DNA of 64,000 nt from Balanoglossus misakiensis (lineage: Eukaryota > Animalia > Hemichordata). Below are positions 39,545-51,613 of this stretch, in pieces. The notes beneath the pieces are model-generated. The model saw only the letters and a list, made by a program, of their open reading frames with translations. It had not been told where the DNA came from and searched no databases. Both the position numbers and the translations under genes were made by a program. Every line of letters begins with the position of its first letter. Position 1 is the stretch's first letter. The DNA lies in the NCBI GenBank assembly GCA_040954595.2, contig CM082593.2, positions 4,853,434-4,917,433 on the forward strand. Reading direction: 5' to 3'.

Positions 39545-42500
39545 CAGACGATTGTTCCCTGGGTATTTCCTGCACATTTGCATATTTACAACCCATTAGC
39601 ATATTGCCGTGGAAATACGAGAACGCAGAATTCACGCTGGTCAGCAAATGGGAGATCCCGACCTTTGGTTCAAACGCGCTTGTCATTCACACATTTCTGA
39701 CAGATACCGGCGGTGTGTGTGAGCCTCAAAGTGTTTTTCTCCGCTGACCTGGAAAACCTCTCCATCAATTATTTATGATAATGCAGCCTGGAAACTGCAA
39801 GGAGGCAAAACGCGATGCTCCAACTAAGCGCTACCTAATGGGACTGATCGATGACTTCAAACCGACACAGCTGAATGCATACACATCCTGACTGGGACGT
39901 TTACACCAAAATGTTGCCTTTTGAATGTGGGCTGATTTGGGAATGGAATTCAGCTTGCATGTTCCTACTTTGGGCATATTTGAACTTAGCATTTTAATTT
40001 CCCAGTATACATTTTCTTGCATTACAATATATTCTGCAATCACTCAGTGAACATTCACAAGTTTACCTCTTTCATTATTTACCAACACACTAAAATAAAT
40101 CATGAATGATTATTCTTTAAATTTACACTGAATATCTCATCTTTCATTGTATTACCACACGAGTTGCATATGACAGTCACTGTTGCAGCCAAACTGAATC
40201 CAAGCAAGTAAAATTAAACATGCACACAATATTTATGTCGTAATTATCTTTACAGAAATCTATCTATTTGAAATTTTCAGTATTCCAATACTTGAATATT
40301 TTTTATACTACACTGAACATAGAAGCTCTCGTGGGCATTATCTATACATATCCCGACCATCTGGTCCTACCCAAACACATGTACCATGATAATTGACTAT
40401 TTGCCATGAGCAGCAGTTCAAAAAAATATGATATATGGCATTTTTAAACCTCTATCACAATACAAATGCTTTGTCCACTATCTGATAAAACAAAGAACTC
40501 ATCAATTTGCTGCAAAATTTTCAACCACAAAATGAGCATTCATGGACGAAACATATTTTCATCAATCACATCTATAGTGACTGCAACCAATCAATTTGAA
40601 ATGTCTGCGAGGCAAACTATGTAATTATATCAAACTGTGCATTGGAGGGAATTACTTCCCTGCTAGTTATAGCCAAATAGAATTAACTCTCAAACTTTAA
40701 ATTGCCTTTATCAGATACGCGAGACCACATTTGGTTATGATTTTTGTCATCATTAGCACAACATGCAAACACTGTACATGCAACAAAGAATTTAAGATTA
40801 TAATATCATACCCAAGAAAGATCTCTACGTTTGAAATTTATTTAAAATATGCTTTATTTGGATGAGGAGAAGGACAGCTCCTAATACAGATAGTTTTCTG
40901 TGTACACAGCAAATCATAGCACATACACCATTTCCGGCATTTATGTACACATCAGCAGGCAACAATACACCTCTGCAGGGTCAAACGAGGTCAGAACATT
41001 CGATGACTAGGCACAGTGCAGCCATGCATCAATAAACTCAAGAAGAAAACAGTAAACACCACCATAAAATAACGACACTTCCAGCAAACAGTAACCATAA
41101 CCCATCCTTTGCAATATCACCACTTGCAAGCACGAGTTGAAGGTCTGAAATTTGTTAGGCAGCCAACATATTGTGTACACATTCACAATTCTGATCTATA
41201 GGTGGTGTTTGCAGTCCACCAGCTAATCTATCTGTCTGATGACTAACCCATGTACACAATCTGGCAGGTCTACTTTAATGATGACGTGTGACAAAAGTGG
41301 CCACCACATCAAGCCCTGCACTCACAGATTCTGAAACAAACAGTATAAAAGCTTCGGTCTCAAGTGGCACTTGTAGATGTTTTTCGAACTCTGGCTGACT
41401 ATACAGAGCTCCAGAATAGACTCTGTGAAGTCTATACTACATTTCCACATACATCTGCATAGCAACGATGTTACTATAAATATCAATCCACGAGCCATAT
41501 ATAAATTTTGTTTCATAATTTTTTTCAATCACTTCCTAGAAATGACTTGTGTAACACAGAAGATTACAAGAAGCAATACATGGCCGGTGATGGCAAATTA
41601 TTCTAAAGAGTAGCGCAGATGGAAGTGGAAAGAGGAATTAACTGAATACACAATTCATGATTCAGAAAAAGGGCCTCAGTCACCAACACCTGCAGGAAGG
41701 AATTCTGCCATTCAGAAGCAGAATGTAAGGCACATTGTAATATCGATGACTTCCCAGTGAATCTAAATGATCATGAATCTTAATTTATTCTGACCTCTGA
41801 AAAATCATTTCTTAATCGTCAATCAACCCCTGGACAAACAACACGTCACTGAACACCTTGACATGACCTGTAACCTTTGCCCTTTTCACCTCCGTTCTCC
41901 CTGCACCATCGAACCACATTACTTAAAAAAACAACAGGTAAACCAAAATTACGGTTTTGAAGGCGCGAACTCTACCAGTGACATCTCCATTTGTCATCAA
42001 ATTTGTCAGAATTAGAATGGACAAACTTTCAAGCCAGCTACATGTACACCAACTGGACAAGATTCAAAATGGACTCATCACTGATCAGCTTGACAGGGAT
42101 GTTTCATGATTCACATGCCATATGTTTCACGATTCACAAAATTCTGCTTCTGAGCTCGTTTCATTATTTTCCCCCTTATCTTCAGACTGGATTAAGAAAT
42201 CAGTTCAAGAACAATATGGCACCTGATATAAACAAGGTCTTCAGATAAAACCAAACAACTAAACTGACAAGCAAATACAAAGTGCAAATAAAGAGTGTTT
42301 GATTTTTGGCTTTTATTACATTTAGGATGTCTGGCTTGTCTTTCCAGAAAAAAGGTTGACTCCAATAACGTGTTCACTCAAATCCTTCTCAACCGACCAG
42401 CACTGATTTCTTCAAAAAGAATATCGGCACAGATGTACTATACATTATGCTATCCATTCCTATGTTGTCGTGGGCACCCACAAGTATGTAAATTTTAGAG

Positions 42501-44612
42501 TTTTGTAAACATTCTGAGATTAAGAGGTTTTGTAAACACTCCATGTGAAGGCTGCTCAATTTATAAATAACACTGACTGGTAGAAAATGAAACTGAATGT
42601 CCTCACACAAAATTCTAAAATTACGACAAATTTCTACGTTTTTTATCGAGAAAATTATCCTGCTACTCAAGTGTTCAAAGAAACATGCTGACTGAAAATG
42701 TTGAGTCAAACAGGAAGCAGACAATGTGTATATAATACTTTCACTGGTCACATGACTTGACAGCAAAGCATCATGGATGGTTTACTGTAAGCAATATTGG
42801 TGTTTTACTTGTCGCTCAACCTTTTGACAGTCACCTGGTCGACCACCCAAAAGGAACATCACTATGAATACTTCATCATCATCATCACCATGTGAACCGA
42901 TGGGGACAGCACACCCAGAGATTATCACCACAAGAAGCACAACAATCTACAGACAGATCTAAACCCTGTCCCTGGGATCGCCCAGCCAGTTTTCCCATTA
43001 ACAGCTGTGCTCGACATTTCTTTGCACTCTGCGGAAATTCTAATTATGTGTAATCCAGTGAATTAACTTACAGAATCTGCAAACTAGCCACCAGTCTGAA
43101 AAAGGTCAGTCTGGGGGGATAAAGCATCTATCGCGAGTCAAGAAAACAACACCAGAAACCAACCTTTTGAGATTTTAAATTAGACTATGAATAAACCCCA
43201 CCACTAATAGCTCTAACCTCTATCAAAATGCAAAAGACTCTAGTCAAGCAATTGTGCGCTGAAGACATCCCCTCCCCTTCAGAGGAAATTGAGTTAAACC
43301 GTGACACGCCAGATTTATAGAAATCACAGGATATGTAAATTAGTGCGCCTGCATTTTACTCCATTACAATGGGAGTGACCTTAGGCAGAATAAAAGGCCA
43401 GGATACATAACATGGCCCGCAGTTAAGTGTGTAAAATGAGGCACACGTCTTGAACAGTGAAGACAACAAACAAAGTGTAAAGGAGAGAGAGAGGGTACTG
43501 CGAACCACACACAAACAATCCATGTTTGTGCAAAGCATGTATGCAAATGAGCTGATTCAGTTCTAGATGGTTCGGATGAAATGAATATTTTTGCTCACAC
43601 AAAGAAAAGCTGAAATTACCCCAGAAACTTCACATTTAGCAGCATATAACATGGTTATACACTAAATACAGTCATGTATGCATGGAATTAAGGGTCCATA
43701 TGTGATATGTTGCCAACCGTGTCTAAAACCTTGCGTACGTGTACAGACCCCTTGGAAATTTCTACATGCACATACCATATTTTGTGTATAACCCTACTGT
43801 TAAGCACCTTCTGTTCGTTTCACATCATTTTATTTTTACAGTAAAATCGGAATTTATCATAGTTAGAAAATATATACAGCACTGGTAATTTATTTCGCCT
43901 GAATGCAATAAGGCATGGTGCCGTACATACGCGCATAATTTATATGTATCTCATTTGAACGGAATACTGCGTGGTTGAAGGCTGCCCCATAAAATGGTGA
44001 TTGCATGCACGTCTCTTGGATGACATCATTCCAAGCAATAAAACACTATGAGAGTATGCTTGCAATTTACATAACTACTTTGCCAAATGAACAGCAATAC
44101 CAATTGGTGAAAGTTCGCACCCGAATGGCAAGATTGTCTAGAACAAATGTCATCCAAAGCCAATACACGAATAAACACATTTTAAAATTATACACCCCTG
44201 TTGAGCCATCATTCCATCCTTGTTAGCTTATGTGGCATCTATTCACCTATTCAGCTCAGGTGGTTAAGTCTGACACCCACGACTTCTAAACCACAGTAGA
44301 CTGGGATACGTTGAATTGGGTCATTGATTTTATTAACAACTGCTGCTAGGTTTCAAACATGTACATGTAACTAGCAGAATGTGTAAAATTTTCATTATAT
44401 ATTCCAGAACATATCAGAAAGTACTGGAAAACACTGCAGTCTGGTTGTAGGGATCAATAAAATTGATTGATTAAATTTGCTCTGTAGACAAAGCCTGAGT
44501 GACAATTTTGACATCTGAGTGTAAGTTTGACGATGCCTAGAAAGACCCCTGGTGAAAACTATTTAGAGTGCCAGCTATAGCAATCTGTGTGGGCGGTGTG
44601 TGCGTGACTTAC

Positions 44613-44642
44613 AAATGGACCCTTATAATCCCAGCACACCAT
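44613..44642 (-). CDS. Candidate ankyrin alternative first exon MVCWDYKGPF
   Basis: TCC ATG G start, in-frame stop upstream, donor TTT|gtaagt in phase 0, CpG-containing patch 44590-44880. Confidence 0.4.
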
Positions 44643-47600
44643 GGAGGTGCACTGATAAACTCAACAATTGCTTGAAAGCTATTGATTGCCGGCCAGAACA
44701 TGCCAGGCAGTCTAAAAACGAGCGTGATATTTTGAAAGCGTTTCCAGATAATGCGAGATGCAACTTTCATTGTCGTATCTCCGATTCTTCGGGACAAATG
44801 CATTCCAGGCGACTTTTACAAACCCGCACAGTAGGTCCCTAGTCACGCAGAATTGCGTCATTTATGAGGCAACGGTTTCCACAGAGGTAAGGGGTCATTC
44901 AAGTTTATCACACTAGTGACCCCAAGCTTCTGTCGCTAAGCAAATAATACGACCACACTAGTCTAACCAGGGTTTATTCATTGTTACCGAGATCAACACA
45001 AATAACATGCTGTCATCTTTTCATGTATTCTCCACCAAGGAAACTCATTCAGACACTACTCCCAAACTGAACTGCTGATTCACTAATTCAACCATTGACT
45101 GGAACTTTATCCAGAATGTTCCAGACTACTGTTACTCTGGAACTAACATGGGACGTTGCTACCTTTACACAAATACCATCACACATCGAGGAGTGGTCAC
45201 TTGATCGTTGAAAGGAACGCATCATGATCCCAATTTGCTGAAAATCACGAGATCAGTTTCTAATGCACTGTACCACACGATATGAAACAAATCCTGTACA
45301 AATTAAACCTACGATTGTACAAACCGCGGAAGCAATATACATCAGTCATACAGTGTATGACAATGATCACCAAAGTTTCAAAGGAACTGAAACTCGAACA
45401 ATTTCCTGAAGATTCACCAACTTTCTCACAAGCCAATAACAAACAGTCATGTACATGTATAGCCATCTCGTGCATTCCCAACCACAATGAACATCAAGAG
45501 TTTCATGCACACAGTAATGAGAATCAAGGTTGGCCACTAGCGCACAATTATCATGCCAGTCATTCCAAGAATGGGCAGGGACAACTTTCCCCACATGTTG
45601 TTTTCAAAGTGAGGTTATCATCAACAAGGGTGTTACGGGGCATCAAGTACATACATGTTCACGCTAAAGTAGGAGGGAAACACTCTCTAATTCTGGCATT
45701 TCTATGTACACAAACACTACCATTGAAAACCCCAGAATTTCTCATCCCTTGATGCAACTACCATACATGTGTATCAAAAAACCCATCATCTATGATTCCA
45801 ATACTACATGATGTACCTGACCAAACTGACCTTTACACTACACTCCCCATCTTAGCCGATGTGTAATTATTCTATCTAACTCAAGTGTAATCCATCACGA
45901 AATCACTGTAAAAACCGGACAGAGCACACAATGATTTATTCACAGTTGTCTGCAGCTGTCAGCTGATTCAACTCCATGGCGGCCAACAGACAATATTTCA
46001 CACATCCCTTGAACCAAATCCACTGATTTCATTATTTTAATTTAAACACTGCTATAAAACCAGACAACCAACATGGCTTATGAATAACATGAGGGTTTTT
46101 TGTAATTTTTATATGAAAAAAAATTATAAACCTTTTTAGACACTTAAACAGAATGCAATATTCCTAAGCCTCATTGTAATTTTTCACATATGGGATTGAC
46201 ACAAGCACATAGCACTGTTTTCTACAGCTTAATTTATTGGTAATGAAGGAAAGGTCATAGTTCAACCATTTAATTTGAAGGGCGATTTGACAGTACCATT
46301 CACTGATAAATGCAATGTTGTGCGACTTCACAGGCTTCTGATGAATATTTATTCCTCTCCAGCGGTAAATTTTCAGCGACACAGAACATAGTTATCGGAT
46401 TATGTTGTCTGCAACGAGAATGTGTGTTTGAGCGTATATGAAAACAATTACATTTCTGAAATGCTCGTGAAATTTAATTTGGGTTTCCATTCTACACTCA
46501 AGAATGAACATCGTCTAATCAGCAGATATCAGATAATTATCTCATCAACCGTGTTATTTAATATGAGCGAAACACCCTTTACAGAAATACTTCAGAATTG
46601 AAACCGTCCCTGATGCAAGGGGTGTAGTCCCACCCACTAGCATTCAAATTAGCAGACAGCTCACTTCCTGTGCATAAAAAATAATAGAGCAATTTAGAAA
46701 TGTTATCAAATCCTGTATCTAGAGCAGCAAAATGCCATTATCATCATGTGACCTGACTCACCTATCAATCAAGGTCACAGCTTTGTTCAATTCTGGGCAG
46801 GCAAACTCTTTGACACACATGCAAACAGGGAGAATAGTGGCTTTATAATACAGCAATTGGCCCGCTGGGCATGGATGAGAATTTCAAGAAGGCCACCAAG
46901 ACAATGTACTCGGAATATCAACTAAGTATATCCAGGGCTATCTTGGAGACTCAATAGGTATTAAACCCCCCAGGACAGCAGCCTTCGACTGAATTATTCA
47001 TGGTGTCTCAGGTGCTATTTACATTCTTAAATTATATCCATCTAAAAAATTTCAGAATAAATTGTCTTGTCTTGCCAACAGGATTCCTAGTCACGACAAA
47101 ACAATACCTAAATATGTCTACGGAAATTCAATTGCTTGTTCAAACATGTTACCTTATTTTTGTCGACAGTCAACTCTTAATTAGTATTCTAATAACCTGT
47201 ATCGTTTAAAGCAGAATTTTATTTTATTTTTTCCAACCCAAGGTGATATATTATTGCAATGATGTACAACTGAACATGTGTAAGTGAAAAATTGGTTTGT
47301 GTTATTCTTTTTCTATTAATATTTGTCCAAATTCCGTCGTCATATTGAGTGATATTAATATACAGTCAGCTCCCAGATCACTGTTGCATTACATGACTTT
47401 CCATTATTAACGAATGCAAAATCTGCCGCCAAATATTTTGCTACTCATCAATTTTACATGAATATTTAATATTTTGGAAAACAACATACCAGATAGCTGA
47501 GGTAATTAGCCACACATGGGCAGTAATCATGCAGTCAAATGAAAATTTCTCACGATAGCTGGATTTGAACATTGAACAAGAAATTACATATGTACATTTC

Positions 47601-48449
47601 CCTGCATGAGAATTACATATCTTAAATTTCCCAGGTTTGCAGGCTTTTATTTTTACTACATAACACAAATGTTGGATTCCCAATCACACGCCCAGTCCAG
47701 TTTGAGAAAAAAATCCTGGAGGGAATTTAAAATGTCAAGTCATAATTTACTATTTCTCTCCCATACAACGGACCCATTTATAGTTTGACACAGTGCAATA
47801 TTGAGAACACCCTGTCATGAATTATGGAAATATTGCAATACATAATAATGATTCTGCCGGTGTTGTGATATGAACCACCAGCATTTTTGTAAGGTATTAT
47901 TTCCAGCGTTTGTACATTGCACATCGACTTTCAACTTTATATCCAATTGCAATACTTTCATATGTACTGTATGTGCCATGTCACCTTAAATTCAAATTTC
48001 ATAATTGCCTCCCAGTACAAATTTTGTAGAAATTAAATTTTCTTCATTATTGATGCAACCAATTTGAACTGTATTGTGTTTACTTCAAAATCCGGCAATT
48101 TATACTCCAAACTGATGAAAAATATTCCCAGTCCAAAATTAGCATGTTGGTTCTGATAAAAAGTGAAAGTTAGACATTTTTCAACAGCAGGGGTTGAATT
48201 TGTCTACTTGAGTTTCTCCGTTTTACCATTATCACATGTTTACTTCACATGGTCAATGTGTAAATAGCGCAGTGGCTAATGGGCTGGGTGCGTTCTTCCA
48301 ATACATGTCCATTTCACTTTAGAAATGAACATTGAACAACAAAGTAGCAAGTTGCACTTCCTCTGAAATGAACATGACACAATTTACAACCAAACTCCCT
48401 CTACTACATCTAGTCATCCTGAACATTTCCAAGCCTAATATTTAGGTCA

Positions 48450-49900
48450 TTAACAATCGCCACCCAGGATCGCGTGTCACCATAAGCCTCTATATCAAAA
48501 GACACGGGTCATAGGGTCACGCTTAAATAGGGGGACTAGCAAAGTTCACAGTCCTCTGTGGGTCATTTTGCGCTATTTTCATTCATAATTTGGCCTCGCC
48601 CGAATAGAATAGAATTAGGGGGATTGTTTTTCCTCAAAGGTGGGGTCTGATTCGAAAACGTTTTCCTACAACGACCGAAAACATGGCAACGTTAGCTTCG
48701 CTTATCAAGCCCCGATCAAACGGCCCATCCCACCCTTGTGAAACAAAACACGTACACAGACAGGCGTTACATTGTGTAGCGGTACACGTTCGCCCCGGCG
48801 TCTGAGAGCGCACGCTCTCCAACAAGATCAGACCTTTTAGACGCTGCGGAACACGCTTAGTAATGACGCGATCGTGTACAAGACAAGTCTGAATAAAATC
48901 AGTCCACTTTGGGAGTGGCAGTTTCTACGAAACCGGCGTTTTGCAAAAAAAAAATGACCGTGAAATGAACACAGATCATACAAACAGCTACGCGTCCGCG
49001 TGTGACGGGTCAAGTATGTTTCGATAATGTGGGCAGGCGCGGCAAATTTCGCTCCCGATGTACCCTGGTACTGATAGAGAGGCTATGTCACAGGAAAACA
49101 GGTGATGAATAAGCCTTTCCAGCGAATGGGCAGTTATTTTTGTCGCCTGTGCGTTACGAGCTTTGAATACCTAATTTTCGCCTGCTAAAATGGCCGCCAT
49201 TTTCACCTATTCATATGAAAATTTCACGCACCCCTCCCTGCGCTGAAAATCGATTGATTTAGAAGTGAAAATAACTTAGAGATGTAACATACTTAACACA
49301 TCTAGTACCATGGTCAATTGCAGGTGTAACAGCAAACTCTTGATTAAGAGATATATAGACACTTAAAATATATTTTAAAACTGTCACAGGGTCAAAATTG
49401 ATGGCCACAGCTACTAGAAACATACCTGGCCGCCGCCGCCTTCACCAGACGCACTCATCTTTCTACCTGCCCGATGAAACTACTCGGAATTTCACCAGTC
49501 AAGCGATGTCAAAATCGCAGTTATTGGTCCGCGTGGATCTCTTTTTCGCCTCGAATACAACGACGATGCACGGGTCGGGCGATCGGCACTGAAAAGCGAG
49601 GAAATAAGCAGGGTCCCAATGATCCTCTCAGTACGCTTTTGTGTCGGCGCGAATAACGCGAGGAGCATACCAACAATTAATTGATATAGGGGTGTCGGGT
49701 TCCTCGAGGACAGAGGGACTAGTTAAGTTGGCTGGTTGGCTGACGCCTTCCGTGCAAGCTATATGTGATTGCACCATCAATTTCCCTGACCGAAAACATT
49801 ATTGGTATTTTGAACTCCAAAATGTCCATTTCAGGTAACGCGATGTTCATTGCGCCCGCGTCCGCGCATCTCAAGTTTCCTACAAGAGAAGAAAAAACCA
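48450..49900. promoter_or_regulatory. CpG-rich promoter region of the distal ankyrin first exon
   Basis: Clear rise in CpG density; palindromic YY1-type site AAAATGGCCGCCATTTT at 49187-49203; surrounds exon 49426-49458. Confidence 0.7.
49426..49458 (-). CDS. ANK: Ankyrin distal first coding exon MSASGEGGGGQ
   Basis: AAG ATG start context (A at -3), 11 codons, donor CAG|gtatgt in phase 0 matching the 9674 acceptor; lies in a strongly CpG-rich region. The link to ankyrin is inferred from strand and phase. Confidence 0.8.
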
Positions 49901-51425
49901 TCGAAGATGATTTTTAATTTCCAAGTCGATCGCCTCATCAGTATTTTGTGCCACTGCCACCTTATACATAATTCTGCAAAAGTCGTCTGTCTAGTCGGGA
50001 GGCCCAGTAGATTAAAGTGTATCGAAGGGAGAAAAAAAGAAAACCTAATTATTTTGCCTCACGTTTGCTTGAAGTTGAATTGTTTATGACAAGAAGATAC
50101 GTCCAAATTCGTGAAAAGGAATGCGATCTCCTCAATTGCTCGTGGGAGTGCGTTATTACCAATATTTGGTTCAATTACTGACAATTTAACATATAATTTT
50201 AGAGTTTCGATATCATGCCTCGGGTTTCCTTCACAGACATTTTTCTTGTCAGTTAAGAAATATCATAACCATTCCGCGAGACAATTCCAACTGCTTGCGG
50301 CGTACGTATGTCAAAATATCTTGTCAAAATTCGCCACAATAGATCCACCATCAAGTCTGGTCATACGGTTCGGTAAATTTCACATACATCATCTATTCAA
50401 TCGCTTACTCGTTTGTCATTTTCCATACACAAGTCTCTCATGGTTCAATTGCAATCAAACAATATACATTATCATAACATACAGGCAATAAATTTACTAT
50501 GGATTAACAATATCGCAATCTCCCAATTCATTATTTTGATCGCCATTACACAAATATTTTTTTTTTACAAATGGATCATTTGTGTATTTATTTTTCATTC
50601 TGGAATTAATTAACCAAATAACCCATCGACAAAAGGACATTAAATGCAATGTTGTTAATATTTTACCGTATATTTTATCAACCACATTTTTATTACTCTC
50701 CCAAAATCATGTCAACTCTAGTCAGCTGTATACTAGTCTGTAAAACATTTACACCAAACACATTACATGCATCAATTTGTAAGATCAATATTTCCACCAG
50801 TCAAATCGATTGTCATGTAGTTATCATTGATAAAACAATATCATTAATAACAGCCTAACGATTGATTATTGTGTTCCAATGTGAATGATGTTTAGTTGCA
50901 ACATAATCGGTTGGAAATATATGCAAAAATAAGATGAAACTTAATGAAGATTTAAAATTCATTTAAAAAGAAAATAAATAATAAACATGCTGGCCATGGC
51001 CTCGTGACATGTCAATAAGTCGTAATGCCTATCTCAAGAATCTCCAATCAGTTCATACAAGGTGAAGAGTAAATAAATTATTATTATGTCATTGACTCGT
51101 GTTTACGATGATGTTTTAAAATGTCAACTAAACTGTGAATTCTTACAATAAAACAGGTTTAAAACATTTTTAGTCTCAGAGCCAAAGTAAGGTTGTCGTG
51201 GATTTTAAATGCACGCTGATACTAGTAAATTTCAAAACGTCTGGTCATATTTAACTTTTATCCAGTCACGTATGAGACAAGTGAAGAGCTTATACATCAA
51301 ACGGGGATTTTATGAACATCCAGCTGCATGCGATATTTTCTTTTTTCGTTGAGCTGTAATTTCTCCTTATGTTCATCAGCAATAAACATGTCAATACCAC
51401 ATAGCATTATTTCCTGACTGTTTTC

Positions 51426-51613
51426 TTAAAACAGATACGGTCACCTATGAAAATTTAGCCACAGCTAGGCCTACCATGGAAAGTGGAGATCCAGCCAATC
51501 ACGTACTAATATTTTCACCGGGCACGCGAAAAAAGTGCACCGCCACGCCCTTTTAAGCATATGCATGTATAGGCATATGTAAATTACAGGTGATTCTACT
51601 ATGATTATTTTAA
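51426..51613. mobile_element. Degenerate MITE of the second TTAA family
   Basis: Left TTAAA..ATACGGTCACCTATGAAAATTT and right AAATTACAGGTGA..TTTAA form imperfect TIRs; related to the 10781 and 38244 fragments. Confidence 0.45.

Noticed and set aside
45282-45752. 156-aa plus-strand ORF
   Set aside because: No recognisable motif or splice context; antisense to the ankyrin intron.
46762-46820. ATG...AG|gtgagt first-exon candidate
   Set aside because: Phase 2, with stops in the phase-0 frame; the donor coincides with a TGAGTCA AP-1 motif.
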